DNA of 62,650 bases, filler included, from Hausera hauseri (GCA_046269625.1; 10 parts of 10 records of this genome joined end to end with filler, not necessarily neighbours in it); one strand, 5' to 3'; counted from the first letter of the whole stretch, positions 38,565-52,739 are shown. Numbers and translations: made by a program. Notes: generated by a model not told the origin, from the sequence alone.

Positions 38565-41500
38565 TCTTGTGGGTCGTAGGCAAATGTCCTACAATATCCA
38601 TAGACATTGCTTGCATTTGTCTATCGGGCACGTCGATAGGCGTAAGGTCGGCGATGTAGCTTTTCACCTTTCTTTGTTTGGTTGCACATACTTCGCAAGC
38701 GTTTACCCAATTTCTCACGTCGATACAAATGCTCGGCCAATAGTACTTATTTAATATCCTTTCCAATGTCTTTTTCCACGACATATGCCCAGCTAAGTAT
38801 AAATCATGCTCTGCCATTAGTACTTCTGTACTCAATCCTTTTGGTATGACTACCAGTTTTCGTCTTTTTCGTTCATAGTATAACACATTTTCCTGAATCC
38901 AATCTCCACCGACTCAGTATTTGTGACCACATCGTCGTAGGTGTTTCCGTAACTGATGACATCTTGGTGCCTTACTGATATTAACGAATTCAACAATTTG
39001 TTGTATAACGTTGTCTTTTCTATTTTGAACAGCAATCTTTAATGCCTTATCTAGTGTGAGAGTCCTTTGTCTTTCTACTAAATCTTTTAAGAATGTATTC
39101 CTCATTACTGTAACTGCGCTTGTTTTGATTTTAAGTCTCCATAATGCATCTGCATTGATGTGTTTATTTCCGGGCTTGTATTGGAATTCGATGTTGTAAC
39201 ATGAAATCTCTTCAATTCATCTGTTAAGTCTACAAGTTGGGTTATTCGCCCTACCTTTTAGGGTTGTAACTGCCTTGTGATCGGTAACGATTACAATCTT
39301 TTGTCGGGCGCTCCAACTCTTCATCTTCTTGTTTTTGGGCTAGTTCATATCCGATACCTTCTTTTCTGGCGTCCGTTTTGATTATGAACGGTAGGTTGAA
39401 GTCGGGATATTTTAAGACGGGTTCTTTTTCATTTCATCAAAAGCTTTTTGTTTGACATCGGTCATTTCCATTTGATCCCCTTTTTAAGCAAACAATACAG
39501 AGGTGCGTTTATTTTCGCATTGTCTGGCACGTAAGTAGCATAATACCCGCACAACCCTAACCAGTGTCTTAATTCTTTCTGATTTTGAGGCTCACACAAT
39601 CTGATATCTTACTCAATAATGATTTATCCGGCTTAGACCTTCCTTCTCCAAGTATACGTCCAAGGTATGATATAGCATTTTGAGCCCATTTGCACTTTTG
39701 GGATTCAGTTTCAATCCCTCTTACTCCAATCTCATGAGTGTACCTTCAATGTCCTTTAAATGATCCTCTTCCGTTTTCGACGCAATCATAATGTCGTCCA
39801 AGTAGGCGAACGCGTGTTCCAATCCCATTAGCATGTTATTCATCATGCGCGTAAAAATGGCTGGTCCGGGAGTTATTCCAAATGGCATAACATTAAATTC
39901 ATATATACCGTTGTGTGTCTTAAATGCCGCTTTGTAACGATCTTCCTCTTCTGTCTCTACCTGTCAATATCCAGATTGTAAATCAAGCGTGGTAAACCAT
40001 TTAGCACCCGAAATTCTGTCCAAAGCTTCCTTTATCGACGGTAATGAAAAAGAGTCCTTTATCATAAGTGTATTTAATGCTCTATAGTCGATACAAAATC
40101 TGTGCTTACTGGTACCTTTTTTTTAACCATGAGTCTCGGGGAATACCAAGATCTGTAGCTCAGTCTAATTATGTCGTCCTTTAGCATTCGTTCAACTTCT
40201 TTGGTTATCTCTGGCCTTAATGAGTGTGGAGGAGGATACCATTTCTGCATTTTATGATCCTCTAAGTCTATTTCGTCATTGGATCCAGGCTTTTTCTTAA
40301 GTGAAATTGTAAGTCTTAAAGTTTTAGCTCGGCCAATATCTTTTTCATCTCTTGTAATAATCGAACTATAACGACAAAGTAATTCGTAAAATCGACAATA
40401 TGATTCTGGTAAGAACTTAGTCTCCACGTGGGGCGGAAATTCGGCACCCTTATATGGTTTCTCCTCAATATTGATTGATGATACTCTATACGTGTGTACT
40501 AGAGTGGTATTGGCGTATAGTTTAATCGGAGTCGGTGCGTTATTTGCTATTCTGATTGGCACGCGGCCTGTTGATACTCTTGCCAAAACATTGCTGAGCA
40601 CGAGGTTTGGATCGAGCGATTCCTTTGGTTCAAAATGTATTGGCTGATCGTCATCCTGACGTATCTGAGCACATATAAGTATTACCGTTCTAGACGGTAT
40701 GTTTTCATCTACTGGGATCCACACTTCTCCAAATTTTCTGTCTTTAGTGGTTTTAACTCCTTTTATTGGGCCAAGTTCTATCAACTTGCTTGCAGTGATA
40801 TCGATTGCTATATTAGGTAGTTGTCTCAATAAGTCGCATCCTAATACCACATCATCCGTTAGTTGCTTCATTACTGAAAATTCATTGTGAAAAGATTGTC
40901 CCATTATGTGAATTTCTGGTTTCCATCGAAATTTACTCTTCGAGGATTGTCCGAAAGCTCCAATGTTTTCTAGGTCTGCCGTAGGAGGTGGATATAATTG
41001 TTTCCGTAAGAATTGTGGTATCAAATCATATTTTATCAGTGATATTTCAGATCCTGTATCTATTAGTGCATAAACCTCCCAATCGTCCAACTAAATCTTT
41101 GCGAAGGGCCTGCCTTCGATTACTGTACCGTAATAGCTTGGCGCTATCTTGGGTTGTCGTATCTTAGACACTTTGTAGCCGTTGATGGTAACGTCAGTGG
41201 TTTCAACTGGCTGATCGATTAACTGTCTTAGCTCTCCTATTGGGTATAGTTCGTTATTCGTACCATTCGCGTTTTCTACTCCTTGGTTTCTAACTGGCGG
41301 CTGAACATCTTGGTTTCGGAGATTGCGTGTCTCACAATTTCTCGTAAATAGTGACTGCGTTTCATTTGGTCTAGGTGCTCTAGGTGAATATATTATACCG
41401 TGATCGTCGACTGCTGAGCGACGGTGTGGGATAATCGTTCTCTCTGTTTCGTGGATCTTGCGCAATATCCCGTAGCGTTTTTTTCCTTCATATGGATTTT

Positions 41501-44500
41501 CTATGTTAAATGGCTTCCGATAGACGTCTGTCTGACACGAGCTCATAAATTGTTTCTCTCCATCTCCATATATAGGTGCCGTTGGTGGCAATATTGGTAA
41601 TGGTAATTTCATATCAAAGTAGTTTTTGTGCATACTCGGCCTGGTGATGATGTCGCCTCCCTTAGGCTCGTCATCATCCGAATTATTTTTTCGTGTCTTA
41701 GCATTTATGAATTTTTGCCTGTAGTCAAATATATTTCTTTTCCGCTTTCGATTATGGTAGCCAACATGTCTTTCTACATTCGTTTTCCATTTACTCTCTT
41801 CGTAAGCCCTTAAGAATTTGCCAAAGAGAGTAATAATAGCCGCTAAAATTTTGCACGAAAATCCTGTCAAGGTAAATATCTTGTATCCATTTATGATTGC
41901 TTGAATTATAGCTTCTACCAGTTGAATTAACAAGTATATCGCTAGAAATCCTCACGCGATATGTCCGAATATCATGAATCTTTCCCAGATTTTATACAAT
42001 ATCTCTGTAGTTACTTTTTATAATAGCCAACACCAAGTAGTGACTCCCATTTTGCCTGGTAACGCGAATCCTCCAATATTGTATGCATTACTCTGTTTAA
42101 TTCATGTGTGCGTTGACGGGGAAAAGCAAGAAACTGTCTGAACGACTGTGCTTCTTTTGGTCGGTAAATTCCCTTCGCGGCTGTATCCTGAAACTTATCA
42201 TTGGTTATTCCTTTTATTAAGTTTGTTCCTGTCAGTTTTGTAGGTGGTGCGATAATACCACCGTTCGGTAAACTTACCCAGTCGGTTTCGCTACGTCTGA
42301 ACATAGGCTCTCCTAAGCTGGTTTTACAGTCTCTTAAAATTGTCGGTTGAGTGGCATTAGCCAACAACACTCTGGTAATTGGTGTTACTAACCTCGGTAC
42401 GTCCTGATATATCACTAGAAGTTCTTGTATACACCTCTGCTCTTCCACATTAATCGGTACGTCTTTCTTCTCGCACTCATACATCAATAGAACCCCTCCG
42501 GTTACTCGTCCAAAAACACCTTCCTTCATCGGAATTATTGGTGATGCCAACTCGGGATTTGCATATATTAAAGATAGTTTAGTTCTCATGATTTCCAAAT
42601 CCAACTTGCAGTCGTTTGTTATCATCTTGTGGTACAATTCGGCTATTCCGGCTTGTCTTTTATAGGAAAAATAGTCGTCTCTGTTCTTCAGATAGTCTTC
42701 AATCCGGATGTCCTGAGTTTCGAGTTTGAACGTTCTGGCGTTTATTTCTGTCGCGGCTACGAAAAATGCTTTATAGTTGGTGGCATACATTACGACGTCG
42801 CATCTGGTGAGCACAGCTTTCTTTACGAATTTTAATCCATGAGTATCAGATATCAGTATCGTAGGTGTAGACTGTTCAGCTACATCTCTTGTTTAGAGTT
42901 AGTTTTTGTGCTACTTATGTATCGTTTTCCTTTCGTCTAGTTGAATTTAAGTTCTTTAATTCTGATAAAGTTGCAATCGGTCCTGGCTGGGGGTTTCCAA
43001 ATTACTACGGAACTTTGAAACGAGCATGTGCCATCCTGAATGTGGCACTTGTGGTTCTCGTTGTAAAATTTAGTAACAATATGAAACATTACTTTCTGTA
43101 CACGCATTTGGGTTTCGTAAAAATCCACTACCACGACGTTTGACTCTAATTCTTTTCCGGTATCGTATTCTGTACCTTGACAATGTCCGGTGTGCATATC
43201 TAGCCTTCCTGCTGCTACTTTATACACTCTGATTATTTTCCCTTGCTGCATTTCCAGTTCCATAACACCCCATTTTATTCTTTGCATTTCTCTAGCTTGC
43301 TTACAATTCTGATGTTCTAAATTCATCGGAATTATTTGGGTTGTTGGCTTGATTATTGACGAGTGCCTATGTATCAGTCCACAATGGAAGATGCTGCGAG
43401 ATCGCCGCAATATACATTCTACTCCATCCAAGGTAATTAGTTCGCCTTGTTGATATAGCACATAATTTTTCTCCTTCGTTTCTAATTTATGTGTCCTCGC
43501 GTCTTTGCACATTTCCAAGTCCATTAACGAATATTTTTGGCCAAGTCTAAACTTATCTCAGTCATATACTGTAACTGCGCACATTTGTTTTATCAACATC
43601 ATCATGGTCACAAAGTTTATTAACCAGTTCGATTCGTTTCATCTGCGATTTCCAGTTATATCTCGTAGCAGATCTCCCAATCTGTTGTTATTAAAGAAGA
43701 ATCTATTGTGATGCTCTTCTTATTTCTTAAATAGCTTCGTCCAGTCCACTTCTCGGGGTAGTTTCCTGGCAGCCTTTATTGCCAAATTAGTAGCCTTGTT
43801 AAATTCATTTTCTCGATTTGGGTTAGCTTTGATGGCCAGATATAGCAGTACTTTTCTTAATTCTTCTATGGTATTCTCCACCATAATTTTCGCAATTATC
43901 ATTTAATCGCTTAAGGTACTTCTGGATAATTTACACCGAAGGCTTTTTATAGCCTTTGCGGCGTTCGCTATGGCTTTCTCTTTCTCATGTAATACATCAC
44001 CGCCGAGACTAGAGTGGTTTACTATTCGTAGAAAGTTTTTCATAAGTTCGTTCAATTCCTCGTTATTCCCATTGAAGGTTGGTATGGACATCTGCCTCAA
44101 TTCCCTAATTAAGTCTCCATTATACTCGATTTCTTCCCATGTCTTCAGTGGTCTTCCGACAGGACGCTTCTGTTTTGTTACAACAGGTATACTGATATCG
44201 ATCGGTACTAAATTTTTATCGTATTGCTCATTATCTCCATCCGTTTGTAGGTACTCAAAATATACTGCTGCATCTCGGACTCCTATTATTCGCCCTACTG
44301 CTGTTCTGCTTTAGACTTCCTTATAGCCTCCTCCTTTGTTTCGTCGATAGTGGTGGTTACCACTAACCGGTTTACCTCACCTGGAATAATTCCAACTTCT
44401 ATTAATAGTTCCGACTCATATAGTATCCTTAATCTAAAATAAAGTCTATAACTCAGCTAATGGGCGTATCCATTGTCCTTTATCCACAGTAATACATCCT

Positions 44501-47500
44501 TTACAAAGGAGCGCGTAGTAAATTCTTGTTCTTTCTCGTCTATCCAGTCCGATACTATCTTTACTTGGATAATTTCCTCTGGCTTTGCCTTTAAGATTTT
44601 AGCATATTCCTTAAGTAAAAGCTTGGGTACCGAACTAGAAATAGTACCTTCGTTAGATAATTTAGTTAAAGTGGGAACTAAATGCCTTAATTGATTTTCA
44701 GTGAGGTTCACTTCAGTTAATTGAATTAAATCTTTTTTGGTTTGCACCGGGTCCAGAAGCATTTCTACGTTGAACCTTTGGTCCGGAAAATATACCTCCA
44801 TTTCATCCAATCGTAGTGGGGTTTTCGAATTCTCGGCAATCATTGCGTCTAAATATTCCTCCCAATCTGGTTCGTTTTCATCCTTTGGCGGTTTATAACT
44901 CTTCAACAAGGTATCGGTTGGCCTGCCCGCAACTGTGGGCTATGTAGTTTTTCTGAGTTCTTGTAGTTTCTGTTGCATTTGGACCATTTATGTCGTTCGG
45001 AAGCATCGTCCATTAGCGGACGTTTGGTGTATCAGTGTTAAAAACGAACATAATTTTTCGGGGGAAATTAGCCCTTTTTCTTGATATTTCGTTAGCTCGG
45101 ACGTGACATCTCTGTTCCATCTTTGAATGAATTGTGACTTGTCAGCTTTTTCGGTTTTTGTAAGGGCATATTTGCTTTTATAGACTTCGAGTTCTCTAGT
45201 TAGTTCGTCTAATCTCATCGCTCTCTGCTTCGTCTTAATGTAAGTTTCTTCGACTTGCTGTATCTGCTGTAACAATTGTCTTAGTTTCTCGTAGCTAACT
45301 TTTGCCATTTCTGCCATCAATAGTGCTAATTCGTACATCTCGTTAATACTCTTTGAATCCGGATCTACCGCATCTATTAATTTTTTTACAAACTTGATCT
45401 CTTCGAAGCTAAGGAGGTGGTCAGTCTTTCTTTTAATCAGTTAAGTATGAAGTCTCTAATTCGTGCCGTCCATCCATCCTTGCGGGTGTTGTAAGAATTT
45501 TACCGTTTCTTCCACGATCACCCGATATTCGAGACAAAAGTCCAATGTTTTAAGATCTCGTATTGAGATTTCATCGATAGGCTTGGCCATCAAATATTGT
45601 ATCCATTCAAGCGGACATCTCTCAATCGCGGATAGAAATCGCAAGTCGCATTCCATTTCCGCATGAAAAATGTTTCTTCAATCATTTTATATATATCCTC
45701 TAGTATCAGCATCTCTTGTTTCTTTTCCATAAAATCTAATTGACGTAGTGCCCCGAATTTGGTTCGAATGTCAATCTCTGCTTTCATCGTATTTAGATTT
45801 CGGGCGTCTTCTTCCAGTTGCTTATTAACTGTAGGTTCACTTTCCGGAAATTTCTCTTTCAATCGGCTACTAATTTACTCAGCCTAGTTATTACTTAGGA
45901 CCATTCTTTCAACTGATTAGCGATTTATGGCTTTGCCAGTATTGCTTTGCTCAACAATTTCCGAGCGTCTTCTAGCTCGTCATCTGGACCTTTAGTAAAA
46001 TCGATAATCTGGCAGGCATAGTCAAACTCATCATTAGATTTATCGAATTCGAGAATGCAAGTCAGAATTATTTTCTGTGTTTCATTATCAGCTGGGCGCA
46101 TAATCCTATTCCTTAGACTATATATCTGCGACCGTTTTTAGACTTCAATCTTAATAGGATTTTCCAGGCTGGTATATTGTCTTGTCGCAGTAGAAGCGAT
46201 TTTTATCATTTTCATTAAGGGTGGAATATCTATCGGATCTATGCCCAACATCTCTAAGTCGTTTACATCTTGTTCTTTGACCGGCTTCTTTTTTAGTTGC
46301 TCGACTATGATGAATCTAATTTGGTCCATGACACGCTCTAAGTTACGCACTACTCCGTTTAATTTCGGGTTAACTTCCAAGGTATTTAATAACGACTGAG
46401 CTTGAGTGATTCTAGTTTCAATGTCTTGGGTAGTTTTATCCCACGTCTCCGGAAATTTCGTCTTACGTTTGATCCACCGTTCTAATTCACGTTTCCACTG
46501 AACTAGCGCTTCTTTTGCCACTTCTTCGGGCTGATCGAAGTCTATAGCTTCACTTAGTTTCCCTTCACTACATAATTTCATATTTTTATATAGTCTCTCT
46601 ACGAACTGCTGTTCCTTACTAGAAATATCCATTTGTTCGCTCATTGCTTTAAGCTTCTCTAGGTTCTGTCGTAATACGTCTAAATTGCGACAATTCATCC
46701 TCATTCTTTTTAACTCCTCTGCATTTTTCAACGAATGTCTGATTTTTCACTTTTTAGGATTGAGTCTCTCCTCCTGTTCTGTTCCTTCATCGCTAGTGGG
46801 TAAAGGACATATATCATTTATTTCTTTTACAAATTCTGTTAATTCACTCATTTCCCCGGGCGTAACTAATTTAATTTCTGGAATGTCTAAGGCGAATTCT
46901 GTATCATTTCCCAAAGTGATTTCGGTCTCTCTCGCTATCTTTGATTTCTCTTTGATCATTGGGGATCTCGAACGGTCTTTACGTTTCCGTCTCAGTGATG
47001 GGCTACTGCCTCTATTCTTGGTAATTTTAAGTATAAGTGGTTTGCGAAATTCTTCTTTTTTGTCGACCTCTGCCTCCTTAGTTACCGTTTTTATAGTATA
47101 TTTGGGTTCTACATCCAAATCTGCTTCGCCAGGGATCTCAGGCTTTTCTATTTCATCTAACTTTTTATTTATTGCAGGAACGTTCTTTTTCCGTGCCATA
47201 TCACCCAGCCTTGGTGGGGCAATGTAACGTTCATATTCCGTTTTTGGTTGGCTCAGATCATGGTAAACTTCCATTAGTCGTAATTTGTACTCATATTTGT
47301 TTCTAGCCACTAAAACTTTGGAGTCCTTGGTTTCAGGCTGGGCTTTCAAAAAACGTCGTAAATCCTGTATCTCTATAATCATTCCTGTGTCTTTACAAAC
47401 ACCGTAAATTGCTTCTAAATTTTTATTTTTAATTACGTTAGTCTTACCAGGTTCCACAAACGAGACATTTCGCGGATTCAGACAGGACCTTGCTATGTGT

Positions 47501-47633
47501 CCTTCTTGTCCACATGTGAAACAGACTAAATTGCCATTTCTTCTAACTCTTTGTCAGCCATCTTCATTTAATGGAGATTTAGATCTACTCGGATTTTTAT
47601 TGTAGGTTTGCTGCGGTGGAGCCTGTCTTGGGT
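38565..47633 (-). mobile_element. Env-bearing Gypsy family B copy 2: gag(CCHC)-ORF-X-env-PR-RT-RH-IN, decayed and cut by contig ends
   Basis: CFTCGQEGHIARSC (~47480-47525); glycoprotein 43620-41800; PR ALIDTGSEISLI; RT TLDLQSGY, VMPFG, AYLDD (~39795); RH end YKPGNKHINADAL; IN H..AGH..YYWP..CEVC, SMDIVGHLP. Confidence 0.92.
41800..43620 (-). pseudogene. env: Near-complete chuvirus-like class III envelope glycoprotein with C-terminal TM
   Basis: YD(C)..YSLMDLEMC; NDCKLDLEIMRTKLSL; GVFGRVTGGVLLMYEC..RCIQEL.V..VTPITRVL; TM FMIFGHI..FLAIYLLIQLVEAIIQAIING. Confidence 0.78.
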
Positions 47634-47733
47634 NNNNNNNNNNNNNNNNNNNNNNNNNNNNNNNNNNNNNNNNNNNNTTAATTAATTAANNNNNNNNNNN
47701 NNNNNNNNNNNNNNNNNNNNNNNNNNNNNNNNN

Positions 47734-47881
47734 TTTGATCCACTTGAGATGTATTACCCATCATCGCTGGTGACAAAATTGGAAAGTATGCGGCAAACCG
47801 TTACCTACAATGATATTACGCACCAAAATCCATTGACATGGGAATTATTGTGTGTACTGGTTTAGACGCCAATGTACATGA
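47734..47881 (+). pseudogene. C-terminal fragment of a second adenain-like protease
   Basis: FDPLEMYYPSSLVTKLE..TYND..QNPL..GNYC, homologous to 36417-36719. Confidence 0.75.
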
Positions 47882-47927
47882 AATTGTTATAAACGTTGTT
47901 GTGTTAATAAATATTATTGTTGAAATA

Positions 47928-48413
47928 ATGCTTGCCTTATTTATTGACTTGGAGGGATTTATAGATAATAATAATGAATACCTGATAAAAGAGCTCTGTA
48001 TAATGCCAGTGGATAATATGTTTCATCTACTACATCATGTATTTGCGTAAGTGAATTTTAGTATAGTGCATGTTATGTGTGCTAGTTTTAGATCTACAAT
48101 GCATTGTTGTACAAACAAGGCTCAAGCAGCAAATGCTTATTTGGCACAACATTGTCATAAACTGACTTGAAAAGAATATAATATCCTGTTTTGGAAATAT
48201 TGCCTTATGCGAGATATTGGGAATATATGTGATATAAATGAATCCATGTTCTATATCGAAGATCATGCTGATGGGAGAAAGAAGATATTTAATAAAACAT
48301 TTTCAGAATTGCGAATTTGTGCTTATGAATGTAGCAAATTGGTAGCTATAGCAAAGAACATTACATGTATTTATCCTGTACATGGTTCGCATTGTGCTTA
48401 TAAAACTGTTTAG
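47928..48413 (+). pseudogene. DEDD-family exonuclease-like Polinton accessory gene, disrupted
   Basis: LFIDLEGF..YLIKELC at the N-terminus and C..H..HCA near the C-terminus. Confidence 0.6.
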
Positions 48414-48479
48414 CGTTATATCAAAGTTATATTGTTACTGAATAAATGTGTTATGAAAAATAGTTGATTTTATAAAACT

Positions 48480-48800
48480 TAAAGTATATTGAAAAGCATG
48501 TATTGAGCAACAATCTCAATAATAGTATCAGCACTGTCACTGTCAATGTCAGGTTCTGTATCTGGTAAGAATTCATGTAGGGTTTTTATCAGGCACCCTA
48601 CCCACGTTACATACAAGCACTTGTCTTCAGCATCCTGGGCTATCACATACTCGCACTTTATTCTGCATATGGGACAAAAATTTTACTGCTTAGCCATTTC
48701 TGCATATAGCATATAGAGAAAGTATGTATATCGCATGTCTCCAATCTTATTGTTATATCCGACATCTGCTCCCAACAAATGGGACAAGTTTTCGAAACTG
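48480..48800 (-). pseudogene. Small RING-finger gene, frameshifted
   Basis: CPICWEQM..LETCDIHTF..C.MQKWLSSK/FCPICR. Confidence 0.6.
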
Positions 48801-49043
48801 AAATAATGCAGGATTAATGCAAGTAAATGTCGCACTGTATTGATGATTCAAATTTCAAATTTATTGATTTTATTGATCTAAGTTTTACATAGTCTTATCC
48901 TATATAGTAGTTACTTAGTTTTACTTGGCCTTATCTTATATCCCACATTACTTGATCAAAAACTCGAGACAATTATTATAACAAACATTTATTGGTATAA
49001 AAAATACAACTCATATCTAATAATACAACAACAATGTTCGTAT

Positions 49044-51970
49044 TTACATTAGTGTAGCATGTCCCTGAGGCAATGTGCTGATTCCGGCTTCACGAATGTG
49101 CCTTTTTTCATAGAACCAATCGAGGCTATTTGTCTGCAGCGCAACAATGACATTCTTATGTTCCCGGGACTGTATCCTCTTCACCTCGCTGACTATGTGA
49201 GTTTGTTCCCGCAACACTCTCTCAAAATCTGCAAAGCTTGTGTTTTTAGCTAATGTGGCCCTTTGAACTCCCTTGGCTCGATTCTTTACCTGACCACTTA
49301 TTTCGAGGGCGTACATTTTTGATCTCAACTTCGTCTTTAAACTTCCCGAGGACCTTCTTGTTGGCGATTGAATAATTTGGATGATCCTTCGGATAGTCCG
49401 AGGTATCCATATACTGCGCCAATTTTTAAAGACATATTCTGTGTGGATCTGGTACATGAAACTGTCCGAGTCCACATACATTAATTGGAACTCCTTAATT
49501 GTGGGGAACATGATGTTGTAATGAAAGTCATACATCAAGGTCTTGGATAGATCCTATATGGACATGCTTACATATATAGGCTTGTTGAACTCAAGTGATG
49601 TCTTGAGCATGTGGATACTTACCGGGTTCTTCGTGCAGATTGTGATGCTGTTGAAGTTGGGCTTAGCGATGAGATTCTTTGCCGTCTTCCAGTCACATAC
49701 CAGCTCGATGTTTATCGAGTTCCGGATGTTTTCCATAGTTTTGCTAAATACCGAGTTGTTATTCAGCTTGAATTGGTCCTTTTCAAACTCGTTTTTGGCA
49801 TTGATCCTCAACTGGGTATTGAGGTTTATGTATGCATTCAACCATTTGGACTGGCTAAACTGCAGGGCCCGATGAATCCTATTTACTAGGAGTCTATTTT
49901 TGATGGCCTGTTGGCGGTTTATGTAGTGGACTACATACCTCTCCTTGTTTTCGAGGTGTCCCAGCAACTTCTTATGCTTGCCATTCGGCGGACTCTTGCT
50001 CTCCGGCAAAAAAGGCAGCTGCTCATGCCTTGTGTGGATGCTATATAAGTATTCCACGTCCACTTCCAGTATATAAACCGTATTTCCATTGGGATCTATA
50101 CTTTCAATATCCAAGACTTGCGGCTGCTCCATACATTGAAAGTTATTATGGGACAATGGGTTGCTCATTGCCCATCCATACATGTTTTTGGCATCCAGGT
50201 ATGTTATATAACTAGGTGCCTTGGATGGGTCATAATCTGCCATGTATTTGTTGTTGGCCTCACTGTAACTATGAATGACCTGGCAGATTCCGCCCCTGTT
50301 GCCTCTCTCAACCACGAGGATCATATTGTAATTTTTCAAGATCTGGAGTCTTATGCCGGTATAGCACACATTGCCGCCCAGCTTATTTCTGGAGCTGTAA
50401 AGAAATGGGCTGGGTCTAACTTGTGGATCTTAAGGGTCACAGCCTGAAAGCTGTCGAAGATATTTTTAAGCAACAGCACATTTGTGAGGAAATAGATATC
50501 ATTGTATTCCCCTATTGTCCTGCACTGGAAGGTCTGCAATACTCTTTGGGTATTCTCATAGTCAGCATCGCTAATATGACTGTATGACAACTGACTACAA
50601 AAGTTCTTCTTGGCCGGTAATGTTTCTTCATCCAGTGCTTTCCATGACGTTATATAGTCATAGGGTAATACTCCTTTCCGCTTCACCAGGTCAAATGTAT
50701 CCGGGAAGAATCTCTTCGTCTCCTTGAGCTCATCAGCTGGAAGTTTCTTCACGATGCTGTCCAGTGACGAGCTTATGAAGCGGAAGCTATCAATAAAGCG
50801 AAATGTAATGCAGCCCACATGCTTTGTGAAGGTGATGTACTTCTCCTCACTATTTGGATTTACATCAATGTTCCTCTCAATATTACCCAATTTTCGAATA
50901 ATAAAGTAAAATCGTATCCACTAAGATTGTGGAATACCACGGAAAATATGTATATGTGTTGCAGCGTAAGTTGCAATTGTTGCACGCTGCGCCTTGGTAT
51001 ATGCTTGTAAAATGGCAGTGACCGCTGACTTTGTGATTGTCTCATGTGAATGGCTTCTTGCATAGGTTGCAATTTTCTGCTTTCTGCCATTCATATTTTC
51101 CTTGTTGCGACATGACCATGTAGCCCTTATCCTGCTGCAATATGTCTTCAAGTTTGTGAGCATACTGTTCCGTACGCTGCATAAAATGTGCAGCTGCATT
51201 TAGACCCCTGAATAGGTAGGGTCCTTTGCCCCGTCCTTTTACATACATGCAGTATAATGATAACTCATGGTACTAGTATGCTGTAGTACTGCTTTGTTGC
51301 AGATTGGGGCTTTAGCTGTGAACTGGGCAGAGGATGGCTTCAAAGTCAGAAAATATGACAATTGACACCTTCTGCATCTTCTCGAACTCCTTGAATTCCA
51401 TGTAATCCTTCTTGGGGAATTTTACTCGGATGCAATAATTTGTATTGCAGTAGGTCGTGTGATCCTCCAGCTTTTTTGCGGCTGTGTTTCCACTAAAATG
51501 AGTAAAGCATTTTTTGCATATTTCCAGCCTTGATTTATGCTTCAATATTTGGGATCCTACGAGGCGCTTAAAATTCTGAATCCAGATGAAATGCCTCTTT
51601 TTCCATCATCAAGCAGGAGCAGATCCTTATGATACTCCAATTCCTTCCTGCACATATGTAAGGGATAAATTTGTCTTCCTTCAATCCGAAGATGTTGATG
51701 GAGATGTTGTTCATACTTTCAAATTTCGCGACTTCATCTTGGCTTGGCGGGAAGGAAATACAGCTGAAATCGTATGTGTGCTGCACTTTGTTATATGTGC
51801 AAACTCGGGAAGCATTATGTTCATCCTGGACTAGTTTTGACAAAATAGAATATATGAAACACATGCTGTCCTCATTATGGACATTGATGTATGCCTTTTT
51901 CTTAACTATCCATTCAGGAAGCGGTATGTAGGAGCTGCCTCTCATGGGAGAATACTTGTGCACATGCACA
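49044..51970 (-). mobile_element. polB: Polinton protein-primed PolB, fragmented, 5'-truncated
   Basis: GSSYIPLP, FSDFEA, FHNLSGYD, FIDSFRF, RKGVLPYDY, YLDAKNMYGWAM, FKLNNNSVF, YVDSDSF, TLPQGH. Confidence 0.92.
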
Positions 51971-52739
51971 NNNNNNNNNNNNNNNNNNNNNNNNNNNNNN
52001 NNNNNNNNNNNNNNTTAATTAATTAANNNNNNNNNNNNNNNNNNNNNNNNNNNNNNNNNNNNNNNNNNNNATGCTGAGAAATGAGGTCTGTCATAGTTCG
52101 ACCCACGGATTTAAATTGAAATATTGTAAAGGATTTGAACCATTATAAATGTTCTAGGTGTGCTCATATTAAAGACAGAAGTCCCTCTTATGAATGTAAA
52201 TTGAGGTTTTGAGAATTTCACCCGACCTCAAATTATAACTAGTACTCAGATTTGCACAAAATTAAAATTTCATACCAGGATGATTGTTTGGATTTGGTGT
52301 ATTTTGTATGATTACTAAAGACGCGATAAAGAGCCATTAACATTAAATTTGAAGTAGTTTAGAATCTATATACTAATGTGAACTTAGAGTTCAAGAATGT
52401 TACTAAAGTGCAGAAGAAATAATAGTGTTATCCAAGACGGGACTGGACTCAAGCGTGAGGTACCATGTGATGTGTAATTATTGCATATTCGATTCTTTCT
52501 AGAGATGAGAGAAATGCCGTGCGTGCACATATTACAGATATGCATAACCGTAAGGTTCGCTTAACTTCATATCACACTTCAAATAACCAAAGGCGTGGTA
52601 TTTCGTATACCGAACCGCCCTCGGACTCCCCCTTCAGGTATTTATTTAAGGATCTTTATATGTTGCCCCAAATGACGAAGTACTTGAATGAATATATATG
52701 ATTTCATCTTAACATAACCTGACCAAACCAACGAAGGTG

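Noticed and set aside
41088-41093. Programmed stop readthrough between env and protease
   Set aside because: The TAG lies inside the first protease strand of a copy with many random stops. Mutation is simpler, though a consensus is needed to exclude readthrough.
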